A stretch of DNA of 64,000 nucleotides from Halocafeteria seosinensis (lineage: Eukaryota), in contig LVLI01000202.1 in the NCBI GenBank assembly GCA_001687465.1, forward strand, positions 62,001-126,000, read 5' to 3'. Numbering within the stretch: position 1 is the stretch's first letter; each line of letters begins with the position of its first letter. The notes beneath the pieces are model-generated. The model was not told the origin of the DNA and ran no database searches. It saw only the letters and a list, made by a program, of their open reading frames with translations. Made by a program: the position numbers and the translations under genes. Of the stretch, positions 11,026 through 22,102 are shown one piece after another.

Positions 11026-14000
11026 ATGGCCTCCCGCGGCTATGAGGCTCTCCCCCAGGGCTCCTACTACTATCCCCAGGGATCCAATGGAGCAGATCAG
11101 TCCCAACACCCCTCGAAGAACCCTATAGGCAGTCCACAGTATGCTCTTCCAGCGGGGTATAGTGTGCCATCCTCCTGGAATCGTGATGAAAATAAGGAGG
11201 AATACGAGGAGGCGTCTCCTCCACCCCCTCCAGCGCATAAACCTAATCCTAAAGATGAAATCTCAATGCAAGCTTTTACGGAGCTCTGTCAACAATTGAG
11301 GACTCTGGGATACGAGCAAGAGATCGGAATTGATACTGCACCACTGGTCTACCGCCTCTTGCAAGACTTGTTGCTAACAACGGAGAACTATGAACAACTA
11401 CATGATCACGCGCAAAAGAGTGATAAAACGGTCAAAGCGCTTCAAAGGCAAGTAAGGCCTCTACAAGAAGAAATTAATCGGTTGACACGCCATAACAATG
11501 AAGTAAGTAATGGGTCGGTGTCCTTGCTGTAGTGGCACCGATTTGAACAACACTAGCGTTTGTTTCTGCAGCTTCATTTGCAATTGATTCAGACTCAAGA
11601 GGAGGCCGATCAAAGAAATAGAAGTCTAGAAGCTAAACTCAAAGAGCTTGAAACGCAGTACGGGAGAGTGGATACTCTCAATGGGAAACTGCGATCCCAT
11701 GTGGACGAGAAAGAACGCGAGATCCACCGGTTGCAGGAACAAATATCACGCTTACGAAAGCGCCAGGAGATTAGTCAGTCGTTGAACGAAACTTATGCAA
11801 AGCCGTCTCAGCAGTTATCCAGGAAGGAAGAAATTGAATCAGATTTCGCGGACAAACTAAGAGACTCCACGGGTGAAAAAAGTGAGGGGTTCATTGAGCA
11901 AGTGTCCCAACATCAGTTTGAACAGGAGCTACATCAAGCGTACCAGAGGCAAGCCGAGCTGGAAGCCGAGGTGGAAACTCTTCAACGTTCCAACGAACAA
12001 AGAGAGGCGGAGATTAAACGTCTGTGGAGCGAATGCTCCCAGCCCTCGGATAGTGCTGATTGGGGTACTGAGGAGACGAACGAAATGAAGCGAGCCAATT
12101 CCCAGTTAAAGGAGCAGGTTCGTGTTCTTGCCACGCAGCTAGATAAATATGAAGAGGCACTAAGCGTAAAAGATAAGAGTCTGGAACAACTCCGTAGCCA
12201 ACGTGCTTTGAGACGTATTCCACTTGATGTGTCTACACAAACCGTAGAGGATTCCATCGCCACGAAGAATGCAGAGGCTCAAACTGACGCGGGTGCAGCT
12301 GTCCGACACAATAGACGCCCGTGGAATCAAGGAGCGAAGCATTCAGCAAAGAAAACGTCAGTCGAAGCGAATAGTCGTGGTGCCCAAACCACTACTGTGA
12401 CTCCACAAGATGCAGCTATCCAGACAGACATGTCTTCCGTCAGTGCCCTGCAGAGGAGTTCTACGGAGCAATTACACATCGATGCTCGAGACGAGCTACA
12501 TACGTTGAGGGCCGAAGTAGAAAGGCTAACACAACTGGAGCGGGAGACTCAGTCGAAGGAGTCAGACAAAGAAGAAGTCAATCGCCTACAAAGCGAATTG
12601 GAAGAGACTAAAAGAAGGTTGACGAAGAAACAAGAAGAACTTGATAATTTGAAAGAACTACATGATCCAAATAGTCTCGCCGAAGTAGCCGAACTTCGCG
12701 TCGACGTTGAAACGAAGAACGAAAAAATTGCAGATTTAGAGAGTAAACTTCAGACGGCAAACTCAAGGAGAAATGATCTGCAGGCCCAGTTGAATAGTAC
12801 TCAGGACGAACTTTACAAAATTCGGTCCACCTGGGAGTCAAAGAGTTCCGAGCTGTCTTCTCTGAAGCGTAAGATTGCTTCACTTGAGTGCGAGAAGAAG
12901 GAAGAATCGACGCGACGTCATAATTTTGAGTCCGAATTACAATACTACAAGAAGCTAGTTAACGAACGTAATGAAGATCTCCAGGAGGCTCAGCAAAAGC
13001 TGACATCAGTCCAGGCTGAGCGGACTCGGTTACGAGAGGCCCTGCAAGATGGCAAATCGTGCGTCGCTGCTGCAGAGGAATCCACCGAAGAGAAAGATCG
13101 GCAACTGGTTAACTTGCGGAAGGAGCTACAGCAGCGTGATGCTGATTTGGCCGCCGCTAATCGGCGCTTGTTCGACTTACAGGAAAAAGAGAGTCAACTC
13201 CGAGAAGAGAACCATTCGTTACGCAACGATGTGATGCAATATTCTGCAAAACAGAATGAAGCTGAGCGCAAGTACCAGCACTTGGAAGAGGAGCTTGAAT
13301 CGCTTAAGGAGTCGAAAAAAAGGGGGGAACGAGAGCGAGAGGAAGCGGAAAAGAATAACAATGAAAATCGGTCCTTATTGCTCCATTTAGAGCGTAGGAA
13401 CAATACTCTCGAGGCTGAACTGAAAAGAACAAACGCAGCACTGGACGAAGAGAAGCAGTCGGTATCGAGCTTAGTGCAGCAACGTGATGATTTGAAGTCC
13501 AAGATCGAGAGCCGTGAGAAAGAGCTCAAACGCTCCAATCAAGCCCTACAAGTGTATGACCAAGAAAGGACATCCTTACGGGAGCAATTGGATGAAGCGA
13601 ATAACACTATAACGTCTCAAAAGTCAACAATAGAACAGTTGAGACGCAGTATACGGGAAAAGGAGCATCACGTGGATAATTTGGAGAGTAAAGTGTCTAG
13701 GTTAGAGAGCCAGACGAATAGCTTGCAAGAAGAGCTAACTTGGACGCAGAATAGCCTCGGAAACATGAAGGAAAAGGCCCAGGAGCATCAGAATGCGGCA
13801 GAATCATCCCGGCAAGAGGTGTCTGCTGCTTCAGAAGATTTGTCCGCAATGACTCGAGAGAACCAACGTCTGATGAACGAAATCTCTATATGGGAAGAGA
13901 GATATAATGAGCTGAAACAGCGTTACAATTCTCTTGAATACAAACTGGGTCTCTGCTCTCAAAAAATGGAGGATAGTCAAGCGGAAAAAGGTTCCTTGTT

Positions 14001-14841
14001 CGAATCCTATCAGGCCGTTCAGGAAGAACGAGACCACCTCCTCGGGGAAAGTCGTCGAAACACTGAAAAGTTACATCAAGCGGAAGAAGCCATTGGAGTT
14101 TTGAAGGAACGAACCAAGAAGCTCGTGGCCGAAGTTTCTAAACAGCGAGACCTCCGTTTCCAGGCGGAGGATTCTTGTAAATCCTTAGAAGGGACTATTG
14201 ATGATTTGTCTTCAAGACTACGCTTGCTAGAGAATTCATCGGAGCAACAGCGTTACGAAGCGCTTTCGCAGAAAAAAGACTATTCTGAGGAACATTTATC
14301 GAGGCAATTGGCAGAAGCGAACAGACAGGCATCTGAAGCGAACCACAGGGTCCACCAGCTAGAGGACCAAGTTACGCACCTATCCAATCGTATAGAGGAT
14401 AAGAATGAGTATATTCGCCGCCTAGAAACAACTCGTACGGACAAGTCCGCGAAGAAGCAAACGGGAGATGACCTTAGTTTCCATCGGTCTCTTCAAGCGC
14501 TGGAACGCGAACGAGATCTCTTACGAGAGGAACTTCGCTCGGCGATGCAAGAACTGAGTGAGCTAACTGCAAAAGCTGGTATCGGTCCTCAGGATATCCA
14601 AGGAAAAGATGATGAAGCTCTAGAATATTCCACACTATATGCTGAGTATCGTTCTCTCAGAGCTCGTTGTGAGACGTTGAATAAAACAGTCGAACGCCAA
14701 GCATCGACTATTGTCGCTCTCGAGTCTCGACTTGAAGGTCTCAAGTACTACGCTGAAAGGTACGAGCAGCATCTTCAGGAGCAGGAGCAGCAATTTAGCA
14801 CCCTACGGGAGAGTGTTGAGAGAGGAAGCTCCCAGGGATAG
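11026..14841 (+). CDS. CEP135: Centriole/basal-body cartwheel protein CEP135/Bld10; intron 11503-11571
   Basis: N-terminal signature 'LRTLGYEQEIGIDTAPLVYRLLQDLLLTTENY..RHNNE|LHLQL' followed by ~1000 aa of coiled coil. Confidence 0.8.
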
Positions 14842-14968
14842 TCCATCAATTGGCTCTTATGTATTAATGTATTACTATTCAAATTTATACGTATAACTAC
14901 CCAAACCTTACCATTATAATTGCCACCACAGTTTCCGATTGTAAACACCAACAGTTCGTGAACCTTTA

Positions 14969-17900
14969 CTACAGAGACCGAGCATTCTGTCCTGGGGGCG
15001 CTGGAGGCCGAGGCCCGCTTCCAGGTGCGCTTTGTGGCGGAGGACGCGGTCCAGCAGAGTTCTGTCCTGGTGGTCGCGGCGCTCGAGGGCCACTTCCTTG
15101 AGAAGGGGCGACTGGTTGATGTGTCTTGTTCACAGGAGGCCGAGGCTGCTGGGACGGGGGCTGGGGACCATTGTAACTTGATGGTCGCCGTGAATTCTCC
15201 TGATGGTGCTGATGGTGCTGACTTCCAGGCGGCTGTGGTGTTGCTTGACTAGGACGTCTCCCGGTGGGACTCGCTTGGCCTGGGGGTTGGGGCACCGTCT
15301 GACTGGATCTCCGGCCGGGACTGTCACCACGCTGTTGCTGTCCATTTGAGGCAGTCTGACTTTGCCGCCGTCCTGAATTCGCGGTGGGTAACGTACCTTG
15401 AGGCCCTGTTTGGCTGGTTCTCCGGCCGCCTGGAGGTTGAGGTGTCGTCTGACCGGACCTGCGAGGAGTCTGACCGTGTTGAGAGGTCTGACTAGATCTT
15501 CGTGGCGACTGGGGCCCAGGTGGCTGGGGGCGCGTCTGACTAGGTCGACGATCGGCATTCGTACCCTGTTGTTGGCCACCTCTCGGCGACTGTGGAGTCG
15601 TTTGGCTTGATTGTCCGGGTGGCTGGGGTCGAGTCTGACTAGGTCGACGATCGGCATTTGTACTCTGTTGTTGGCCGCCTCTCGGAGACTGTGGAGTCGT
15701 TTGGTTTAATTGTCCAGGTGGCTGGGGGCGCGTCTGACTAGGTCGACGATCGGCATTTGTACTCTGTTGTTGGCCACCTCTCGGAGACTGTGGAGTCGTT
15801 TGGCTTGGCCGGCGGTCATGATTGGTATTTTGCGGATGACTGGGGGGCGGCTGCCGTGTTGCCTGGCTGGGGCGACGACGGCCATCTTGAGGTGGCTGCT
15901 TCTGGAACTGGTTCGGACCTTCGTCCATCCCTGAAGCCTGCCCTGTCTGTTCAGGTGGGCGAGGTGACGCCTGGGTAGAAGTATCCGTTTGAGGGGTCTG
16001 TAATGGATGGTCCGGTCCCCTTGCTGATGTAGCATGAGAAGGGGGACTCCTGCTAGGTCTAGTTGTTCCGGCACTCTGCTGCTGCAAGGGGGGAGGACGA
16101 GCGCTTACATGGGTAGCACGCTGCTCCATACTGCCATTATTTTCGGTGTAGCGTCCGCTATCAGAGGGCTGTTCCTCCTCGGGGTAAGCATCTTCTTCAT
16201 CACGAGGAGCGACTGGGTTACGGGAGCTCCCTGAATGTCTGAACGTGTTTCTTGCCCTGTTCGTATTATCTGAGTCGCTGAACTGTTTATCAGTCCCATC
16301 GTCTTCAGACGAATGGGTTCCGGTGCGCTGCTCATCAAAACGGTTCACATTTTGTCTGTGGATGGAAGGCTTAGTATCACCAGAAAAAGACACACGCCGG
16401 CCACGTTGTTGTTGGTCCTCGCTTTGCGAGTGATGCGGCCGTGGGGAGGTTGACCGATCGCCCTCATTATGCCGATCTGTGGATCTTTCAAACAGTTCGT
16501 AAGCTCGAGAAAGTGCAGCGCGAACTTCTTTGTAAGAAGCCTCCGCCCGGCGAGCACCCTCGTTGGCCCCATAGTGTCCATTGCGTACATCATGGTTCAT
16601 AGGAGGGGGGCTTAGGTTGTCGACAGTATCTTGAGGCCCAGAATGGACGTCTCGCTTTTTTGGCTTCCGCGTAGGTGCTTCTATTGAAGGCGCATTTCCA
16701 AGTGGCAACTCCCTCTTCAAGTTTTCGTGCCCGCCGGTTCCATTTCCTAATCTGAACTTATTAGCAAGAAGAGTTGCAACAGGACCTTTCGAGTTCCCGA
16801 GACTATGCTGTAGCAACGAAGCAGCCCTCCTTTGTACATTGAAGTCAGGGCCAATCTGCTCAATCAGCTTGTCCAGGCATTCGGCATGATATCTCAAACT
16901 CTCTTCGGCTGACATGTTCACCGTTTCGTTCACAGAGTTCGTGGTGCGGTCGAGTTCTGTGGCACTGCTAGTATAATAAGTCTGGGACTGGGGTGGCAGT
17001 GACGTCAGCGCTGTTCCTCCTTGCGGTGTGGCACATTCGTCAAAGTACCTATTCATATGGGGAGCGGTATCCGAATTTCCTAACGAGGACCTCCTATTGC
17101 TGCTGCGAATGCTCCATCCAATTACTTCTGAGGTATCATCACCCGTCTCTGAGCCTGCAAGGGCAACTGCCAACTCTTCTGCCGCTTCTGCGCGTTTGAT
17201 AGTTTCATCATATAGGTTTTCGAGTTCGTGTACTCTGTCAGCCAACTGTGTTCTGTCATCGAACAGTTGTTCCATCGCATCTTGGGTATTTTCCAGAGTG
17301 CCTCGGGTATCCTTGAGTTGCGTTTCAGCATCATCCAACTGTTCTCGAAGTTTTGAATTCTGTTGTACAGCTTCTTCATACTGTCGCAGCAGCGAAGACT
17401 GGGTCTGTCTGCTCTTATCTTCCAGTGCATCATATCGTCTCTGGAGCGCCAATGCCAAGCGTCTATAATATTGATGCGAAGATGGTTTCCCATCTTCCCA
17501 CATCAAAGCGGAGCTATTTTTCAATGGAGATACCTGTGTGCGCAGAGTCTCCTCGTCAGCCTCGCTCTTGTTTGACGCAGCCTCGGTAAGCGCGTCCGGA
17601 AGAAACCCCAACGAGCTAGCTCCAAATGCCGCGGCGAATTCTATCGGTTCTTCTGCCATGCCCCGGGCTCGAGCTCCAAACATCATAGTGCTTAAGGCTT
17701 CGCCAACGTACTGGCTATTTGGAGATAGGTTCAGCAGGAGCGATATGCTGCCGTCTCCGGTATCACTTGTGGATAACAAGGAAGCCTGAAGGAGCTTAGT
17801 AAGCTTGGAGTCTCTCCACGGTATAAAAGGAGCATGAGAAGATTTTTTGGGTTTCCCTATCTCAGGCGCATCATACCTACTGCTGTTCCTTCTATTGTCA

Positions 17901-19087
17901 CCGTTCTTTCTGTGCAACCTGCTTGCCGGAGATTGCACTCCGTAGACCGAGGGAGATGAAGCACTTTGAGTGTTTCTTATCCCACTTGCCGAGGCTGACA
18001 AATCGACGTTCTGGGACGCTTCAGCCGCAGCTGATGATAGCGCAGATACCACATTCCCCAATGCCGACAAAGATTTGTTTATAACTTTAGCTTCTTCCAA
18101 CTGTTTCCCTGCGGCGCCGGTATAGTGAGTTCGTTCTGATCCCGCCAGGTCGAAGAACGTAAGCTTCCCCCGACATGAGAACGTGTCCATGTCGTATTCC
18201 AGGCCCTCGCTGGATACCCTACTCTCGCCCCGCATTACACGGTACACGTCTACCATCAAGACAGTATGACTCCGGGAAGAATCGGCATTCAGAACGGTGG
18301 TGGCTTTCACCTTTTTCCGCTCACCTTCTTCAAGGATTTCGAGAGCATCATGAATCGAGGACACAGAGACAGACGTTAGCCCCTCCACGTATGCTCCTTG
18401 GGGACCGTCCCTGATTTCCAGTTCCCCTCCTTTATTTTGTGCTCTGGTGGAACCATTCGTTGCCCGTTGATCGGTGAGCAAATCATACGCCTTGTTCATG
18501 TACAACTGTAAAAACGACACATGGATGTGGAAGACCCAGCTCTCTTGCCTATCTTCGATATGCTCAAAGAGCTCGTGCATAGCACGTGGAATCATTCCAA
18601 GTTGTGAGGCATCTTCTTGCGTCACTCGATTGGAATCAAAGCTTGGACCAAATATAGAGTATGTCTTCCCAGCCCCTGTCTGGCCGTAAGCCAGTACAAC
18701 AGCATTACTTCCTTTCAGAGCATCATGGACGGCCGGGGCGGCTACATCCCTGTATACCTGAGCTTGTGAGGTGTTTTCGTCGAAAGCGAAGTCAAAGTAG
18801 AATTTCTTTGCTTTCGCTTTGGGTCTATTTCCTGAAATATACTGCTCCTCCTCCTCTTGGCCAGAATGGCTTCGTCGACGGTTGGTGCCGCGTTGTTTGG
18901 ACCGTGGTCCCGTACGGACAACAACGCATTTCGATGCCGGATGCGCGCCAATGAGCTGCTCATCTGTGCCGCCAGAGGAACTGGACTCTTCATGAGGGAG
19001 AAGTGGTCGTACTCGAGCCCCAATAGAGACCTGTCGTATTTTCACTCGGTGGTCGCCGGATCGTCCTACTGGATTCGATTTCCACAT
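14969..19087 (-). CDS. Kinesin with N-terminal motor, coiled coil and long Pro/Gln/Ser-rich repetitive tail (single ORF, 1372 aa)
   Basis: 'GQTGAGKT', 'NADSSRSH', 'DLAGSER', 'INKSLSALGNV', 'IPWRDSKLT'. Confidence 0.9.
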   Translation of the reverse strand: MWKSNPVGRSGDHRVKIRQVSIGARVRPLLPHEESSSSGGTDEQLIGAHPASKCVVVRTGPRSKQRGTNRRRSHSGQEEEEQYISGNRPKAKAKKFYFDFAFDENTSQAQVYRDVAAPAVHDALKGSNAVVLAYGQTGAGKTYSIFGPSFDSNRVTQEDASQLGMIPRAMHELFEHIEDRQESWVFHIHVSFLQLYMNKAYDLLTDQRATNGSTRAQNKGGELEIRDGPQGAYVEGLTSVSVSSIHDALEILEEGERKKVKATTVLNADSSRSHTVLMVDVYRVMRGESRVSSEGLEYDMDTFSCRGKLTFFDLAGSERTHYTGAAGKQLEEAKVINKSLSALGNVVSALSSAAAEASQNVDLSASASGIRNTQSASSPSVYGVQSPASRLHRKNGDNRRNSSRYDAPEIGKPKKSSHAPFIPWRDSKLTKLLQASLLSTSDTGDGSISLLLNLSPNSQYVGEALSTMMFGARARGMAEEPIEFAAAFGASSLGFLPDALTEAASNKSEADEETLRTQVSPLKNSSALMWEDGKPSSHQYYRRLALALQRRYDALEDKSRQTQSSLLRQYEEAVQQNSKLREQLDDAETQLKDTRGTLENTQDAMEQLFDDRTQLADRVHELENLYDETIKRAEAAEELAVALAGSETGDDTSEVIGWSIRSSNRRSSLGNSDTAPHMNRYFDECATPQGGTALTSLPPQSQTYYTSSATELDRTTNSVNETVNMSAEESLRYHAECLDKLIEQIGPDFNVQRRAASLLQHSLGNSKGPVATLLANKFRLGNGTGGHENLKRELPLGNAPSIEAPTRKPKKRDVHSGPQDTVDNLSPPPMNHDVRNGHYGANEGARRAEASYKEVRAALSRAYELFERSTDRHNEGDRSTSPRPHHSQSEDQQQRGRRVSFSGDTKPSIHRQNVNRFDEQRTGTHSSEDDGTDKQFSDSDNTNRARNTFRHSGSSRNPVAPRDEEDAYPEEEQPSDSGRYTENNGSMEQRATHVSARPPPLQQQSAGTTRPSRSPPSHATSARGPDHPLQTPQTDTSTQASPRPPEQTGQASGMDEGPNQFQKQPPQDGRRRPSQATRQPPPSHPQNTNHDRRPSQTTPQSPRGGQQQSTNADRRPSQTRPQPPGQLNQTTPQSPRGGQQQSTNADRRPSQTRPQPPGQSSQTTPQSPRGGQQQGTNADRRPSQTRPQPPGPQSPRRSSQTSQHGQTPRRSGQTTPQPPGGRRTSQTGPQGTLPTANSGRRQSQTASNGQQQRGDSPGRRSSQTVPQPPGQASPTGRRPSQATPQPPGSQHHQHHQENSRRPSSYNGPQPPSQQPRPPVNKTHQPVAPSQGSGPRAPRPPGQNSAGPRPPPQSAPGSGPRPPAPPGQNARSL
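15516..15807 (-). repeat. Coding tandem repeat, ~3 x 99 bp (33 aa QTTPQSPRGGQQQSTNADRRPSQTRPQPPG...) in the kinesin tail
   Basis: Near-identical units with 99-bp period starting near 15516, 15615 and 15714. Confidence 0.9.
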
Positions 19088-19916
19088 CTCTCACGCTCTC
19101 GTTTGGACCCCCATCCACGGATTAACAGCTTCCCCTTCTTGCTATCACTAAGTATGCGTAATGCCACCAGGGGATAGGCGTCATGGCCCTCTAGAAAGCG
19201 CAGAAATCACGCCGAAAAGGAATTAACGGCCAGCTGAGCAGCGTACACTTCACAAGTAGAGACCACTAAACACTGCACTTTATGGTATACAACTTTATCC
19301 CGCTGCATTGATTATTGCGTTAAAATTCACAACAACACTGGTAGACACATCACTTGTGATATCGATAGAACTTTCGCCTCACCACAATACGCTGCGATGG
19401 ATCTCGAATGGGACACCCATTCCGCAGCATTTTCGCAGTCAACTGAGTCAAGGATCCCACCACAGTCTGGGATCCCAGGCAGGCCCATTGGCCCTGATGG
19501 TCAGTTTGATCTGACTAAGGTCAAACAACTGCCATACCAAATAGCAATAGATAGAGGATGCACCAAATAGGACATGATCACATGGATTACAATGCGGGCG
19601 GAAGCGGAAGGATGCTTCGATTCGTCTAAGAGGAATCCTCTGCAATTCTATTTGGGAGGTTACGGTCCGGTAACTTACGGGTATTCCATGGGAAGCCACA
19701 GAGTGGTACAAACAGGCTAACAAAGAAATACTTACTACATGGAACTTCCATGATGGAAGCACCTTGGTTTCTGGCATTGGGGTTGGAACTCGATTAACAG
19801 GCTACTAGTGCCTCAAGTTAGCTAGCAAGATCGTTCGACACTGCTACCTACACAATACAACTTGTTACACAGCCACCGACGTGGTTCTCACAATCGGCTG
19901 TACAAATATTGAATAA

Positions 19917-21145
19917 TCACTCTTTTCTACCAAATATTCCGAAACCGTATCCCGGAGAATGCCTCGATCGCTGATACGGAGACACTGCTTCCGTGGCAAT
20001 GGAGTCGTACTGGCTGGTTGGTGACATATTCCCACCTTCCTTCCCGTGTTTCTTTACAACGCCAACTGTGTCAAAGCGGCTTGATCCCCTTTCGGAATTC
20101 CCTGGTCTTTCCTTAGCAGCAAGCCGTCGAAGAAGCATTGTAGTTTGATTCGGCTTTTTCCCCCTGAACGTTCGTCGACGCATGTCACCGACGTCGATTG
20201 AGTGCGCTGAATGAGATCGCTGTAGAACGTCCTTTAGTTGTTCCTTATGGAGCGATCTTACGCTTTCGGATCTCTTCATCTCGAAATCACGGCGTGAACA
20301 TTCCTCGTTTCCCGGAAGGGTCACTGTTTTTTTTGCGCTGACACTTGGCGAGTTGGACGAAGTCATTTTTCGGGTACTTTTCACTCCAGGAGAGCCGACG
20401 CTCGTGTACGTATGAACGGATTCAGTCGCCAAGCTGTCTACAGCTTCGTCAGGCTTTTTGAATGAAGTTTCTGGCCCTTCCTGTGAACACCGAGCTGGCG
20501 CTTCCTCGAAGAAGCTTATCCCATCGTGACTAAGTTGTTCCCTAGTGAACTGATCGTACACTTTATGAGGCGAAGATGATTCTCTGCGTCCATAGTCCAC
20601 TATTGTTCGGAAGCCCAAGTTATCCTTGTCCACTATTCTCTTGATTCTCCTAGATCGCGCACTGTTTCTACGTATCTGTACGTTGCCACATTCGTCTACG
20701 TCCGCCGAATAGCGAAAGCCTGTGTCCACTTTCGCCTGAAGTATGCCAAACATCATCTAGTATCATATGAGGTCTAATTGAGCAACACTTGTTCAAACCA
20801 TACCTTGCCTCGCTCTCTGGCAGCGACATGCTCCCTGTTCATACGGTAATAGAGCTCAGAATCCGTGTCCAAGAGCATTGTTGGAGAAGGTGGTAGCCGA
20901 CGTACGAACGTCGTTTGGGCTGCACTATGAGTTTTTTGCCAAGAGCGAAGATTGTCTTGCCACTTCCCTGTATGAGAAGAAGAGACAGAAGTCTTTCCAA
21001 CTATTGTTCTCATGGTGGGATCCGTCTCCACCAGTCTCTCTTCGTAGGGCTTCCTCGCATCTACAGTCTCCAATGCTCTCCTCGGCGCACTTCCAAAGAA
21101 ACCACTTGGGCTTCGAGGAGGTGAACCAGCTCTTTTCATGGTCAT
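19917..21145 (-). CDS. Hypothetical Ser/Arg-rich protein; intron 20736-20803
   Basis: ORFs 20774-21145 and 19917-20756 join in frame through GTATGG..TTCAG. No recognisable domain. Confidence 0.6.
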
Positions 21146-22102
21146 GTTATGAGCCTATTCCAAGAGATCATACGGATCACTCAGAGACCAGCGGAAAGCG
21201 CCCTGGTTGATACCACCAACTAGTATACACCGGGAGCACCTTGCTTATATGCAGTGGCTCAAGCAAATATAACGTATTGACAAAGCAAAATCTGGTATGG
21301 AGCACAAGTATGCCTTGTTGCTGCTGGGATCACAACGGAACTCCTTGACGGAGTTGAAGTGAAACTGTGCTCTCCTCTCATAGTTTTGTTCCACGTTGGC
21401 ACGACCAAAGGAACACGCCCACTTCTGGCTTCTTGTTTTTTAAACATGGATGCATAGAGTACCTGGTATCTCGAATACATCGTATCAATGGCATTTCCAT
21501 CCGCGTCCTCACTGACGGACAGACTCCTACCGTACTTGCAAATTGTCAGTATTCGTATCCCACTCAGTCATGAAACACACTTGACTTTCCATCCCAAGCG
21601 CAATTGCTCCCAATGAATGAACTCCCTGAGAACTGACCGTATCAAAAAGAATAGCTCAGTCGGCCCAGCCAACGACTCTTCAGCTGTGTCATGAGCCACA
21701 ATTATGAAAGACAATTTGGTACAAAATAGTATTTTCCAGCGAATCCCTTCATCTTCTTGTTTTATGGGTTGTGTGCAATGCAACCCTCTGTTCCTTGGGG
21801 GGCGGCCGTGGGAACTTGTTCGGCGCGTTCGCTCCGCAGCTTTGAACTTCCTACCGGCTTTTCTGGAAATTCCTCGTCATGCGTATCGTCGTCCAGGAGT
21901 CCTACATAGTGTAGATTACTAGTAATTGATACGAACCGAGCGAAGTGTTAGGTATAGAACAAAAGAGAGAGAATAGATAGTGAGGACAACTTTTTGTCGT
22001 GTCTTGTATTATAGTTTATCCCACCTGTGCGGTAGACGGAGGTAGACTTTTTCTGGTTGACTTTTGCTTCTAAGTGTGTTTTCTGGCGCTTTCTCCGTCG
22101 TA

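Noticed and set aside
19382..19830. Possible pseudogene in the gap upstream of the kinesin
   Set aside because: Protein-like fragments with stops, but no recognisable homology. Cannot be supported without a search.
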